The translations under genes were made by a program, and so were the position numbers. Of a stretch of 64,000 nucleotides of DNA, positions 42,223-57,574 are shown piece after piece. Origin of the DNA: Octopus vulgaris (lineage: Eukaryota); the NCBI GenBank assembly GCA_951406725.2, contig OX597823.1, positions 113,150,001 to 113,214,000 on the forward strand, given 5' to 3'. The notes under the pieces are model-generated. The model made no database searches. It had not been told where the DNA came from and saw only the letters and a list, made by a program, of their open reading frames with translations. Numbering within the stretch: the stretch's first letter is position 1; the number at the start of each line of letters is the position of its first letter.

Positions 42223-44367
42223 ATTCTCTTTACATGAATAGAAGTATATATATTTTGTGCATTTGAACTTTATCAGTTTTTACTTGAATTATTGTCTGAG
42301 TGTGTATTTGTGTGTGTGGGCGCATGCACGCGAGTGTATACGTATATATGCAGTATTTGTAAACCTTTATAATGTATAATAGATTACAGCACATAAATGC
42401 AATGCAAAGATGTTTACCTGACTCAGTAGCTAAACGGTTCCCCACACCTGTCCTTCACAATTCTTCACACTCTCTGTATCACCAACCGGTTTAACACGAT
42501 TCCATTAATAATATAAAATTGAACGAATGTCAAATATGTGCATTTATACATTTTGTTTCATCTTCATGCTAATAGAAATGTAAAACGTAAAAGAAAACAG
42601 GAATTAAATCAAGCTCAAAATAACGTTTTAAATGGAACTTGCTCCGATATTATCAATAATTAATTGCTTTTTCAATTACTGGTAAATCCTATATTTCGTT
42701 GTGGTATCCAGTTTGTGGAGATAAGGCTCGTTGGATGGCCTTATCTTTTCAAAAGCCGATTCACTGTTAAACTTCTGATGAATATATGTCACAAATGTCG
42801 AGTGTGTGGCAACAGCTATTTCGTATAAAGTTTGATATACCTTTCTTTCGTTTCTTTAAAGTATGTATGTAAATTTATCTCTGTCGTTATCGGAAGGAGC
42901 ATTTCCTTGAAATGAAACATTTTGTCCTGGCATTTCTGACACAAATACATACGTATGCGCCTAGATACGTTTGTAGTAAGAGTTGCATGCATATCACATA
43001 CGTATGTGTTCGAATTTAGAAATATGAAAAAGCAGTATATAAAAAAGAAATGGTGGAGATTATTTATTTACTGCAGCTTGCCTGCATTGCATTCAGAAAA
43101 TATATATCATGAAGTAAAACTCAGAATAGCAATTGAAAGAATCTTCAGTTTCAGATAAAAAATATATAAGATCATTTAATGCGTCCACAATTTATATTGC
43201 AGTTATGCTGGGCAACGACCTTCAAGCGATTAGTCAATTATACGAAGCATGCACACGCGCACACACGCACACACACACACAGACGTATATATATATAGAA
43301 TATGATTTGGAGAAATATGGAGACCGTTGTCCATAAAAGTTCTCTCTGTCTCCCCATTCTGTCTATTCTACTACAACTACACCGACGTCGCTGGAGCTAG
43401 ATGATGTATCAACTACTTCCATCTCCACGCTCAACCTTCACCATTTTAAAGCATATTGTGCCCAACACCCTAATAATTTGTCACCTTATTCTTTCTTCCC
43501 GAACTTTGAATATCTGGAATCTACCCATTTCATGTTATATTTCTTGCCACCGACTTATATCTATTCAAGAGGGGTTCTAACTGCACCAATCTCGCTAGTG
43601 CCTGACCAAACCATTTTAAAGATAAAGAAAAGAATCAACTGAATTTTGTTTCCAATTGTTACTCTTAACTGTGGAATATTCACAATGATCTTGCACATTA
43701 ACCAAAAAGTATTACAAAATCTTTATTTTACTTACTAAATGTAAATAAACGAATCACATCTAGTCTAGAAATAGCGAAAACAATTTCCCTTCATCACTCC
43801 CTATCGTCTGAAAATCTAAAGAAAAACATTGGGTAATGTAATCAAATATGTAATTGTACTTCAGGATCGGAACTTAAAATCGCAGAAGCTACCTATAGAA
43901 ACGATGGCAGTCAGATGAAAAGCTATGTTACCTATGAACACAACCTGTAGTCTGTGTCACATTGTACGCAGATACATACAAACGCGGGCATATACTCATT
44001 CACGCAAATATATATTACAGAAATGCATATTAAAGGAGGAAAGTGTTGGTGAACGCAACAGAAAGGTTGATATGAACAGTTAGGCTTACAGACATATCAG
44101 CTTATTGAAAAAATGAAAATATAAATATATAAATCGTGACCAAGGCGTTGAACATGGCCACAAGCATACCCATCATAGTTGATGTAGTCGTCGCTGTTCT
44201 CTTCGACGACATCATGATAATCATCAACATGGTCGTCGTCCTTGCCACTGTAGACATCATAGGAGCCATTAGAGTTGGCTTCATCTTCAACATTACCATC
44301 GCTACAACCATTTTGCTATAATGCAATTATAGATGTTGAGTAATAATACGCATATCCAGGGTGCATA

Positions 44368-44423
44368 ATCATCGACATCATCATCATCATCATCATCGTG
44401 ATCACCATCATCACCACCATCAC

Positions 44424-44454
<31 letters not shown>

Positions 44455-44579
44455 TTCTTCTTCACCATCATCATCACCACCACCACCATCATCGTCATCA
44501 TCATCATCACCATCATCACCATCATCGTCATCATCACCATCATCAACATCATCATCATCATCATCATCATCCCCACCAC

Positions 44580-44621
<42 letters not shown>

Positions 44622-44689
44622 TCATCATCATCATCATCATCATCATCATCGTCGTCGTCATCATCACCACCAACATCATCACCACCACC

Positions 44690-44749
<60 letters not shown>

Positions 44750-44822
44750 GTCATCGTCATCATCATCGTCATCGTCATCATCATCACCACCATCATCACC
44801 ACAATCATCACCACCATCATCA
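44368..44822. repeat. (CAT/CAC)n microsatellite
   Basis: Tandem array. Confidence 0.95.
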
Positions 44823-45512
44823 CTGACAATTACGAAATAACCAAACCGAAAGAACACAATAGAGCGCAACTCTCCATTAATGTTACCAATCTAACATCTC
44901 AACAGAGTCTCTTTGGCTCTTCCTTTTTTTCCCTTCCCCTATCCTCATTTTATCTCTAGCTGTATCTCTGTATTTGTGTGTGTGAACGTGTGTATATGTG
45001 CGTGTGTGTGCGTGCGTACGTGCGTGTGTGTATGTGTGCGTGTGTGTGTGTGTGCTACTTGTGTTTCTACATGTGGTAGCCTATGTGTGTAAGTCTATAT
45101 ATGTATGTATCTCTATCAATATGAAGCTTAGTATATAGTTATGATTATCTCCTTATGTCTTTTTATCTGTAAGCCTTTCTGTATCCGTATGTGTATGTGT
45201 GTTTGCGTACGTGCTTTTCCGTTTGTTTGTCTCCCCATAGAGACACACGCACACAAACACACACACGTATATATTTATTAATGTATATATATATATGTGT
45301 GTGTTTATGTATGTGTGTCTATGTATATATATACATGTATATATATGTATAAATATATCATATATATATGTATATGTATATATATAAAAGCGTGTTTATG
45401 TGTGTATATCTATGTATGTCTATGTATATATATGTATAAATATATTACATATATATACATATATATGTATATATACATATATATATATATGTATACATAC
45501 ATATATATATGT

Positions 45513-45560
<48 letters not shown>

Positions 45561-46184
45561 GTAAGTTAATATCGTTATGTGTGATTATATTTATATGTGC
45601 CTCTCCGTGTCCCCCCTCTGCCCTTCTTTCTCTCAGCATATATACGAGCGTTTGTATGAGATGTGTGTATCAGATGCGCATGATCGCCTTCTTTCAACGG
45701 TTCCTCTTAGTTATTAAAATAAATGACAAACAAATAAGGAAACAAACCAAACAACCATTAAAAATAGCAACAATAACAATAACAATAACAATAACAACAA
45801 CAAAAAGGTTGATTTGAATGTAAAATTTTTTGCTGCTAACAAAACTCTAACAGTAGGCAGCTCAGCCTTTCTATAAACTGCATTGCAAGAGCTATTGAAC
45901 CTAACATAGTTAATTCTTTCACCTCACATCATTTTGCTTCTACCGTATGCTGTAACACGCATAGTCCACACACGGTTTATATTATTCTTGGTAGCATAGT
46001 TAGCACGAAACAGCGGTATGAATTTTTTTGTTTGTTTTTGTTTTTGTTTTTTGTTTTTTTTTTCATTTGCCACAAGTTCGAGATATGAAACAACAATGCT
46101 ATGATCATCATCAATACGAAAGCAACAACAAAAATATTTCAGATATAAAAAGAAAAAAAAAACAGAACAGAAATTATACATACA

Positions 46185-46246
46185 ACATCATCATCACCAC
46201 CACCATCATCATCCTCATCATCATCATCACCATCCTCATCCTCATC

Positions 46247-46325
<79 letters not shown>

Positions 46326-46436
46326 CCACCACCTCTACCACCACCACCATCATCACCACCACCACCATCACCCCCCACCATCATTCTCATCATCATCATC
46401 ACCACCACCATCATCACCATCACCGTCATCATCATC
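46185..46436. repeat. (CAT/CAC)n microsatellite
   Basis: Tandem array. Confidence 0.95.
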
Positions 46437-46512
46437 GCTGACAATTATGAAATAACCAAACCAAAAGAACACAATACAACGCACACACACACACACACTC
46501 TCTCTGTCTCTG

Positions 46513-46544
<32 letters not shown>

Positions 46545-47620
46545 GAACGCACAGACACATTACACAAACTCGCCGCAAATGCATGGAAAGGGAGAAAGAG
46601 TGAGACAATGGCAGACAGGAGTGCCTAACGTTATTACATTACTGAATTTCACAATGCCATTCACTCATCGTTTTCGTCATCAGCGCCATTGTCGTCGTCG
46701 CCGCCGCCGTCACCTCTCTCCTTGTCATCGTCGTCGTCGTCATTATCGTTGTCCCATTCGTCGTCATCGCCGTCCTAATATATTGATCCCAGCTTCCCAT
46801 TTGTATCGAAAAAGTCACGTACCCCGTTCCATTATCAGTGTCACTCTATCACGTTATTGACCATGGAATTCGAAAGACGCCCACGGAACATCCTCCAATT
46901 GGCTGCTTCCAAGATGAAGACTGTTAACAGCTAATACAGCAACAAATTTTGCTGCAGATATTTTGAACAACCGGTCGAGCGATCACAGAATAATACATAA
47001 CATTAACTCAAGGCCACATATTTTAGACGAGGATAAAAATACCTAAAATTAATCACAATACTTGAATAGTGTTTAATGGATTCCAGAAAAGATAAAAAAC
47101 GATCTCGGTTGTATATGAATTCAGAAGAGAAAGGATCGTGGCTTTACAAAATGTACCGGTAATTACTCCGACACTTTATGAATTATACCAATCCACTACA
47201 CGCAGGTGCTAGATGGACGGCCGGACACAGGGTTAGGTGGCAAGTGTATAAACAAAAATATTAACATAGGATACTAACATAGAAAGGTTAAAATAGAAAG
47301 CTATAAATTAATACAGTTATAAAATGGTTATTATATGACTGACTGAAAATAATGCTTTCAAAAGTATGTCCAAAGAAATATATAGTACTTCACTGGTCAA
47401 TATTTAGTTAACCCACAAAGGACTGGTGTGAATCTATCTTGACAAATAATCTAGAAACTTATAAGATCAGTATATTTCATTGCTGTTCAAGCAATATTGT
47501 TAATTTTGTTATTCAGGGGATGTAAATCGATGGGGATGTATTATTTAAATGCGATACATGTCTGTATCTCGGCAGCAGAGTAGCATTGCATCACGGCATC
47601 ATAGTCGTACAATATGAATC

Positions 47621-47851
47621 TATTTCTTTACTAGCCACAAGGGGCTTAACACAGAGAGGACAAACAAGGACAGACAAACGGATTAAGTCGATTACATCTA
47701 CCCCAGAGCGTAATTGGTACTTATTTAATCGACCCCGAAAGGATGAAATGCAAAGTCGACCTCAGCGGAATTTGAACTCAGAACGTAGCGACAGACGAAA
47801 TACTGCTAAGCATTTCGCCCGGCGTGCTAACGTTTCTGCCAGCTCCCCGTC
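47621..47851 (-). mobile_element. SINE family 1, near full length
   Basis: Closely similar to 25701-25924. Confidence 0.9.
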
Positions 47852-48886
47852 GTGCAATATGTACCGTGGTGTAAACTGTGTTACTCCTGTAACATATCAC
47901 TTGTGATAAAATTGCGTGACATGGCAACTGTATGACACACGCACGCACTACTATTGCAATGATTCAGTTTGCTCTGATTTGATTGTGATACATTCGTGTA
48001 AGTACACTACTTGTGAACCCTGGCAGCACTGAAAAACCCTATAAGCAGGCAATAGTGTGAAACATTTGTGTAGCATGGCAATTGAAATGCAACTTCAATG
48101 AAAGGTTTTCCAGGGCATTGAAATAAAATAACTGTATATGATTTCAAAGACAACTATACAGAACTAACATCATATAAATTAGGAACCATTCATATTCTTT
48201 CGGATTCAGAGTTAAAATACTGATCACCTACCGCTTTCCCGATAAGTCTGAAACCTGAATGGCAATACAGTTGCTACTATCCTCATAAGATGCTTTACAT
48301 TCACATGCTACAAAACAATAAATACATTCGTGATAAGCTCGTGTTGCATGACAAGGGCTATTGTCTCTTTCTTCTAGGTATTATAACAGTCGAAGAGATT
48401 CTAGCTTCAGATATCGTAAACAGATTTATAACTGAAAGATCGTTAAGTAGACTTCTATTCAATGTTTCGTCTGAGTCATTGCCTTTTTTTTTTTTTCGCT
48501 TTTTTCTACATATTTAAAATTAATCACTTTTACTACATGGCTTCTTGTTGAATCCCATTCAGTGATATTTTAGGCAAATGTTTCCTATCGTAATTTCGTG
48601 TTTGTCATAATCTTGTGAGTGCCATTTGAAAAAAAGGAAATTGTGTGGAAGGTTATCGTTATAATCAATTCTGCTCTTGCATTAAATCGAAGCCCGTTAT
48701 AAGATCAATAATTAGTTCTTGTGTTTTTTTAGCGAAGTCCACACTATTGCAATCATTTGGTTCAGGTACATTCTATGAGAATGGCATCTTCCCTTCTATC
48801 CATCTGTTAAGAGAGCCCTGAAATGGGTCATAGGTGTTGTCCTTCCTCGTTTGATGAGATCATTATAAAATATTTCGTTAGCTCTT

Positions 48887-49213
48887 GAGACCCCCTTCGG
48901 TCATGACTGACTGTGGGATTGAACCTAGAAAGTTACCCTCCCAGGCACAAGTCTGGGCAAGGTTGTTTACGGAAGACCAGCAGTTGCCCATGCATACCAG
49001 GCTCCCCTCTCCACACCACTAATATTATCCAAGAGAAATGCAAAGGCCGTTACAGCTTGGCACCTGTGACGTGGCAACTCATTTCTACAGCTGAGTGAAC
49101 TGGAGCAACGTGAGATAAAGTGTCTTGCTCAAGAACACAACACGCAGTCCGGCCCGGGATTCGAACTTACAACCTCACAATCGTAAGCTCGACGCTCTAA
49201 CCACTGAACCATG
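48887..49213 (-). mobile_element. tRNA-derived SINE, family 3 head/core with a different tail
   Basis: The minus strand reads catggttcagtggttagagcg..gttcgaatccc..cttgagcaagacac; shares the ctgagtgaactggagcaacgtg block. Confidence 0.85.
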
Positions 49214-49492
49214 TAATGTGTATAATGAAAAGCCACGTTTCACAAATTTGAAAACTATATAAAGCAAATATTGGAGAGAGTTTGTGTAAGTGTTGAGTGA
49301 ACTAAGAAATAAGTCCAGGATGATATACGAATGCTATTGTGTGTCATTTACATTCATTCACACTCTACTCTAAGAAGTAAATTACCTATAACATTTGCGG
49401 TATTCACATACTTCTGTTACATCCTCAATACACAGAAATCACTGCAAAGATTATACGAAAATCGATCATCTGCCTCAGTGTCCATAAGTATC

Positions 49493-49524
<32 letters not shown>

Positions 49525-52321
49525 TGTACGTGTGTGTGTGTGCGTGTCATGGTGAGAGAAAAGGCACTCAATACATGTAGAAAACAACTTTGTTCGTCTG
49601 AAACTGATGAGGTATTACATTGTGGCCTCGTATTTCTTTCAGGGATAACAAATATAACTGAATTTGTTAGGTCCGTTGTACACATGCAACATCGTTCTTA
49701 TTTATCAGAATTCAGCCCTGCACCAATTATATCCTCGATGGACCAAGCCTTGAGTGCAATGCAATGTCGTCTATTGCTGTTTCTACTTAAGAGTGCATTT
49801 TACGTATTATGTGGATGCTCTTTGAAATAAATTACTGTCGTATAGATATTGTAAACAGAAGACAATTGACTGACTATACAGGTTGTTGCATGCTTACTTG
49901 TTAAATAATAAATAGTTATTCATGTGTGTTGATTTAGCAATTTTCTAATTTTACATCTGCATTAAATTTCTCAGCTAAGCATAGACTTCATCCTTCGTAT
50001 TATAAGTATACAGTTAAATGTGAACCAAGTAGCAACTGCATTCTCTTTCAATTTCCAAACGTACAAGGAGAGGTAGGTGGTAATCTTTTTAAAACTGGAT
50101 ATAATCTACATCATTTCTTTCAAATATATTTCATATTAAATATGTAGAATTGTTTCTTTTATTATATACGGATATTGTTTTAGCTCGGATCACTAAGAAA
50201 AATTTCGGTGGGTAGATTGAATGAAATGGAATTAGTTAATTTCATGCTGTTGAATTGGTAAGTCTCAAGTGCTACTTCATGAAAAAGCCTATCTTGAGTT
50301 GTCATATTGTTAATGCAGCCACAGATAATATTTGGGTGAAGTTTAGTGACATTCAAAGGGACTGACAATACATTTGTTGTGATGCTATTGACAAGAAAAG
50401 TTTATCTGAAACCAGCGAATGAAAAATATTTCAGCTACAAAATCCATAGGAAAAATTGGATAATATTTAACTTACTTTCTAGCTTTAGTATGAAACACAC
50501 ACATATGTGTATATATAGACATGCACTAACATAAACAAACGCGCACAGATACACGTTTACATATATATACGCACACACATGCACAACGGACAAACACTTA
50601 CCACATACACACATATATGTATGTGAGTAGCTCTCTCTCACTCTCTCTTTATATATATATAAATATATATATACATATATATAGAGAGAAAGAGAGAGAA
50701 ACGAAAGAGAGAGATAAGGAATGGGAGAAGGAGAGAGAGACACACACGGATAGACATACAGACAAACAGAAAGTGAGAGCTACATCTACTTACCTGTCAA
50801 CATATGGATATATTTGTCCATCTTGATAAATCTTTTTTCTCATATAGTTTACTAAAAAACGAAAATAATTGTCCAAAATAAACGGTATTCTATATAGAAT
50901 ACATAACACAATAAAGGATATTTTTTCCAAAATCTTGATATCTATTTGCATGCATCTGAAACCAATTCTGGGATTCTGAAATCAATCTGTTTAATCAATC
51001 TACGCAATAATTGATTTTGATATGAATAATATAAACGGACTTACTTGGAACAAAAAAATTTAACTGAAAATTAAGATAGGAGCTGAAGTAAATCATGATA
51101 TTAATTAATTTTATTGCTTTATTCCGTTTTTGAGATATTTACTCAATCTCATTGCTTCGGGTTTTTCATGGAGAAAATTAAAGTATTCTGCCAATACTTT
51201 GTGAACTGAAGGGAATAATTCAGTAATTTCGATGGAGTCTTCTTTATCCTCTCCCACAGTCCCCATGTTGAAGAATTTCGTCGATAAAATAATGCCACAT
51301 ATTGCAAATTCTCCTTCAGTCAAACATACACATGCGTACTGGAATGATTACGCGCACACAAAGACGTATTTTTAAATGGTTTCATTTATGGCGATCTAAA
51401 TTAATGTTGCAATTCAGTGTCTGATATTAGTTAATATCATCTCGTTAACTTCATGTGGTCGACAATGAAAATGTTGATTATGGAGGAGAAAATTTAAACA
51501 CGGCTGATTACAAGAGATAATTTAAAGAAGGATGAGACTCAGTGTCAGCCGAGATACTGAACAGTTAAATTTCTTGTATTTTGTGATATTCACTTATAAA
51601 TATAATTAGATAAACGCAGACAAATATAGTCTATTACAAAATAGTGCCGTTTTTGATACATTATCTTGAGAAGGACATCAACATGAACAACAAAATGAAA
51701 TCCCTACAACACTTAAGAAATTAAAAAGTTTACCCATGTATATTAAAAGCACAAAAAACTACGGAAAACAGGTTAGTTCGGTAATCATTGAAATTTTGTG
51801 GTAACTTTGAAAATAGTTGCATAATATACAATATTTACCAGATGTTTTTCTTTCTGTGTAGTAGCAAATGGCAATAAGCTTACATTTCCTTAAGATTTAC
51901 TCTCTAACATCGCAAAACAAAGCCGCAAGAGTTATAGAGTCCTAAATGGATAATATATCGATAACTCAGTAATTGACAAAACAGTTTCAGCTGTAATATC
52001 GTTGAAGAAATATACATTAGATGACTGTGGTTATTAGGTGAGTGTTAATGAGTAATGAGAGCAACACACTTATGTAATGACCTACGATTAAATATTCCAT
52101 TAGCATAGACATTAGTATATTTTGGGAGGTTAACTGGTGTAAAATAAATTACTTGAAAGGGATTAAAAGAATTTGGTAGAGATGCTGTAAACGAAAAGCA
52201 ACCAATAAGAGAACAAATTCAGTTTCAGTACGTTTGTAGCTCGACTAAAGCCAGAATGTTTCAGGTGAGGATGAAAAACACAGATATAATTGTACTTACA
52301 TACATACACGATTATACAGAG

Positions 52322-52386
<65 letters not shown>

Positions 52387-52482
52387 GGAGTAAACACATA
52401 AATGTGAAACAAGGTGGAAAAAAGAGTACTCAAATACCAGTGGTAGAGTAATATGCTTTATTTTAAGCAGCAGAAAATTCAA

Positions 52483-52531
52483 CAAAATCTGTTACTCTGA
52501 GTTTCTCGTTGCCGTTCATCAGACGATTTTG
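52483..52531 (-). ncRNA. Type I hammerhead motif in a Penelope-like terminal sequence (element starts ~52385 next to (TA)n)
   Basis: caaaatc-gt CTGATGA a cg gcaa cg a GAA ACTCAGAGT A acagattttg. Confidence 0.65.
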
Positions 52532-53427
52532 CTAGAATGGAACCGATATATCAATTCAATCTAGACTCTTACAAACGCTACACCTTTAAAAAAATGGACT
52601 TGTTTGATTGGCCCTTTAGAAAAAACGGTCAATCTTCGAGCGATAAACAAAAAGGTCAAAAATATATGCATATATATATAAAAACTTATAAAAATTATAA
52701 AATCCGAGGAAAAAACCTTACATTGAATAAAATACATATTGACGTTATTGAAGAAAGTATAAATTACGCATAGAAATGAAACCTGTTATAAATATTACAC
52801 TGCAATACATATTTATATTAAAATGTACATATATATATCAACATACACAGAAGGATGCGTGCAAACGCCATACATATACAGACGTATAAATATAAATCTA
52901 AAATATACACATAAATGCATGCGTACATATATTTACGCAATCCATCTCGCACGCAAGCTAAAATCATCTATGTAGCGATTCTCATATACTGAGTAAGGGA
53001 GGGAGCCGAAAGAAGGGAAGAGAGAGAAAAAGGAACGAAGAAGGGGGAAGGAAAAAAGAAAAAGGAGGGGTGGGAAAAAAACGAAATAAGAAAAAATTAT
53101 GTATACAAGCTGTGTAACGGCATTATTGACATATATGGAGACAAGTATACAAATACACAAGTTCGAATGGATACATACACATACAGTCGTGTATATGTGT
53201 GCTTAAGCACAAACATACGCTCACTTACACATACACAGATACGCATGCTTACAAATACATATCCATGGCTATACACATACTTATATCAAAATTCTAATTT
53301 TTGACAACATTGCTATTTTTAAAAAAAAACATTGCTTTTTAAAAAAAAAAATATATATATATGTATGTATAAGAAATTAAAAAAGGAAAATACACACACT
53401 TTACATAGTTTTAATATAATTGTTGAT

Positions 53428-53462
53428 ATATCAACCGGTTTCGCTTTCGCTAATCATGATAT
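53428..53462 (-). ncRNA. 35-nt hammerhead motif with A3-U8 core
   Basis: atatc ATGATTA gc gaaa gc GAA ACCGGT T gatat. Confidence 0.6.
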
Positions 53463-54058
53463 TATGGTTTGCTTATTTGAATATGTATTTTCTTAAGGAG
53501 AAATTTTGTCCATGTTGTGTGTGATGATATTTACGAGTGAATGACTTCACGAGTAGAAAAACAAGGGGAGGTAATTTGTTATCGTTATTATTGTTATTGT
53601 TGTGGGCAAGGGAGATAACTGTTCAGATTTCAGTAAGAGGAGGGGAATATATATGTACAGACAAAAAAAGCTTTCGAAAATCTTGGTTAATATCTATGAA
53701 CATATATATATATATGTATGCCTGCGTGTGTGTATGTATGCATGTATGTTTGTATGTATGTATATACATACATATCTATACGAGTTTGATAAGAGACAGC
53801 GCAGGAAGTCCTTGACCCTTGAGTCACTTGAAGAATATACATACAGTAAGCCCTCGACTGTTGCGTGTGTTATATTCCAAAATCTCAAGCGACAGGTGAA
53901 AATCTTCGAAGTAGATACAGTACGGTATATTTTTTATTATTTTTTTTATTTTAATGATTTGTATGCATTTATTTTATTATAAACCAATACCAGGAAGGAA
54001 TCAATGTAAGCTTAAATAATAAATCGTGATAGGTGAACCAAGATAGGTGATTGTCACG

Positions 54059-54093
54059 CAGTAATCCCTCGCCATATCGGCGAGAGACTACTG
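54059..54093. mobile_element. 35-bp fused-TIR remnant of a Tigger/pogo-like MITE
   Basis: cagtaatccctcgc..gcgagagactactg followed by TA; a related TIR-like start tacagtaagccctcg lies at ~53842. Confidence 0.5.
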
Positions 54094-54499
54094 TATACCC
54101 ATATTTGGAATACTGATTTTCCTGTTTGCATCATTTTACGTTTACATATACATTTACACACACACACATGTTTATAATGTATAAACATGTTTTTTATGTA
54201 CATAAATATCTATATGTATGTATGTATGTACGTACGTACGTATGTATGTATGTATGTATGTATGTATGTATGTATGTATGTATGTATGTATGTATGTATG
54301 TATGTATGTATGTATGAATGTATGTATGTATGTGTGAAAAGTGTGAGCTGAAAAGCATATAGGCTGACTATGAGTGACTGATGCTATAGTTGTGAAATCT
54401 TGCATGCATTAATTTTAAGCCCTTCTTATTAATAGCTGCATTATTTCTTTGCAGGTAAAATGACATCTGAAATTCCAAATGTAATTAGTAACGGCTTTA

Positions 54500-55130
54500 C
54501 TTGAAATTGGGAGAAAAAATGACATCGTAATATTACTAAGTCCTTGTAGCAAAGTGTTTATCCCCCAAGGACATTCATGCCGACACGGTAGCTGTATTGG
54601 CAGATGACGTTCCGGTTTTATTAACAAGGCAAAAGTGGGAAGCTAAATGTAGGAGCAGAAGAGTGAGTCCTGAAGATGACCCTATGTCTGGTCGTCTGAA
54701 ACCGCTACCTCGTGGAAAACATTGATCCTGTTCACGAAATGTTGATGGATGATAGGCAACTGACTATAAATCAAATAGCTAATGCTAGTAACATATCCCG
54801 TGAGAGTGTTGGGAATATTCTGCGAAATGAAATTAGCATAACAAAGGTTTCTGCTTGATGGGTGCCATGTCTTCGAACACCTGATCAAAAGCGCACCGGG
54901 CTGATCACATCACGGAAACATTTGATATTCTTTGAAGCAGATCCAGCTGGTTTCCTTGAATGTCATCTAAGCCAGGATGGGTGCTGGGTTCATCACTTTG
55001 AGTCAGAGACAAAGATACACACCATGAAAAAAAATCCATGCTCCACCTGCTTCAAAGATGGTCGTTTCGCCTGCAGTGACGGTGATGACCTCAAATTTTG
55101 GGATGCAAAGGACATTGTGCTTATACAAAA
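54500..55130 (+). pseudogene. Degenerate mariner transposase
   Basis: SPKDIHAD..EDDPMSGR..ENID..DDRQLTINQIA..VGNILRNE..KVSA*WVPCL..DQK..QDGCWVHHFESETK..FWDAKDIV, with stops and frameshifts. Confidence 0.9.
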
Positions 55131-55174
55131 ATTGAAACCCGGCATCAATGAAAAGCTTATATTCATATTGTTTT

Positions 55175-55575
55175 GAGATCTTGGCACAAAGCTAGCAATT
55201 TTTAAAAAAGATCGACAACTGGTACTAATTTCATTGACTTCGTGAGGATGAAGGGTAAATTCGATCTCTGCATAATTTGATCTCTAAACATAAAGATGGA
55301 CGAAATACCGCTAAGTATTTGTCAAGTGCGGAATCGATTGTGACAGCTCACAACCTTTATTTTCATGTACGTATTGGTTTCAAATTTTGCCACTGGACCA
55401 GCAATTTCAGGAGAGGAGCTAAATCGATTAGAACGACTCTATTCTTCAACTGATAGTTATTTTATCGACCCCAAAATGATGGACGGCAAAATTAGACCCA
55501 GTGGCATTTGAACTCAGAACTTAAAGCCGCTAAGCAATTTTTCCGGGGCGGTAATGATTTTGTCAGCGCCTCACC
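55175..55575 (-). mobile_element. Two old SINE family 1 copies
   Basis: Contains gacgaaataccgctaag, tttatcgacccc and tttgaactcagaac. Confidence 0.7.
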
Positions 55576-56563
55576 CATATTTATATATTCATATCGCAAA
55601 TTTATATGAATAGCTTTGACTTTGAAAATATGCGAGGCAGGGAGATATTCACAAAAATATCCAGCAATAAAATAACAAAACTAAAAAATCAACAACGAAA
55701 AATATGAGAAATATAATTTTTGAAAACACCAGCATATTTGTCTTTCGATCATTGCAATAAATCCTTTGAAAGTTGTATATATGTAGGTTGAATATAAATC
55801 AAGAATAATGACGTATATTGTTTCCAACTTTGTTATTAATATTCAATAGAACTCAGTTGATGTGTATATAAAATGGTAGCTATTTTTTCTTGCTACTCTA
55901 TAATTTCTATAAAGGTGAAATGCTGATAAACATTTCACTTTTGTATTGACATTGATGCGAAACTGCTTACAAATGTACACAAGGTATACAATGAAACCCA
56001 AGTAAAAGAAACAGAAAGATAAAGCAAAGCTTAGTTGCGTTAAAAAAAATTATACACACACGAGCATTCACACAGCTAAACTTACTCGAACAATGATACA
56101 TAGATATCAAAGATCTGCGGTGGGCTCAAATCTTACCCAATAACCAAATACGAAAACTGAGTACAACATTACTTCATTATTTCTATATATGTTTAGTCTC
56201 AGGTAACATTTTCCTGGCGCCAAAATTGTGGCCTTCTTAAAGGAATGTGAATCAATACTCTCTCTCTTACACACACACGCACACACATACACACACACAC
56301 ACACAGACACACACAGAGACACAGACACACACACACATACACACACACACATACACACACATACATATATTTCTGTCCATAATCTATAGTGATGTCAATC
56401 AATTAATCATTGTATCTATCTATTTATATCCCTATCTGTCAGTCTAACAGTCTGTCTGTCTCTCTGTCTGTTTGTTGGTATGCATGTATGTGGACCTATA
56501 AATGTTTATTTCAGAATAATTATATCTAATTAATTTAAGGCGGCGAGCTGGCACACACACATA

Positions 56564-56616
<53 letters not shown>

Positions 56617-56617
56617 G

Positions 56618-56808
56618 ATCTGATCTATCCGCTCAGTTGAAATCGACTCTCGGTTACTCGATGGATCAATGTCTCCAGCCAGTTCTATCCTTGGTCGCTT
56701 CTTTGAGATTGGCTATAGCCATTCCCGTGTCACTCTTGATGGTGTCAAGCCAGCGGTTCTTGGTTGGCCTCTTCCTCACTTGCCATTCCGAGCATGATGT
56801 CCCACTCC
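56618..56808 (-). pseudogene. 3' end of an RTE/BovB-like LINE
   Basis: DIMLGM..RGQPRT/RWLDTIKSDTGMAIANLKEATKDRTGWR/IHRVTESRFQLSG*, matching the typical RTE C-terminus. Confidence 0.85.
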
Positions 56809-56903
<95 letters not shown>

Positions 56904-57405
56904 TATATAAAATTTATATATTCATATATAAAATTGCAAAAATATTTTTCTTCTGCTTAGAAACATTTAAAGCCTCTGTAAACCCATCCACTGATCAAAA
57001 TAGATATGCACATACATTCACAAAAATTCAGTCAATTCAGGCGTGTTGAATACGTTTATATATAAGGGTTTATGAATGTTCTAGTCTAATGTAATTACAC
57101 TGTCCTGAAAGCGACGTCCCTCAACTTTTTACTAATATCTGCAAAAATTCAAAGGCTTGCGATAGGGAAATACCAATTAAAGAAGTTCCTGCATGAGTTA
57201 TTACTCCTTATCTGTGAATCTAATTACCAAAATAATGTTTTGAAGTCTTGAAAGCTCTTGTGTAATCGCATGCAGCCTTATCCAATATGGAGGCTGATTA
57301 CCAGTTTTGTCGTGGAACGCTTGACAAATTGCGGAATTTTCTGCATGGAAACATCGATAGAATCATTAAACCACAAATAAAGAATATGCGTACGTGTGTG
57401 CGCGC

Positions 57406-57449
<44 letters not shown>

Positions 57450-57574
57450 CAATAATAAGATTAAAGAATAAGAGACATAAAGGAAAACAGAGGCAAGTGC
57501 CATGAATAAAAATTATTACAGTTTATACTAAGTCGTGATACATTGAAAACGCGTGCAATAAGTGTTTATAGATA

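Noticed and set aside
44302-44869. Poly-His/Asp/Met ORFs (also 2018-2367 and 46028-46444)
   Set aside because: Trinucleotide microsatellites with no unique coding context.
51111-51323. 70-aa non-repetitive ORF as a possible exon
   Set aside because: No recognised domain or convincing splice context; needs BLASTX or RNA-seq.
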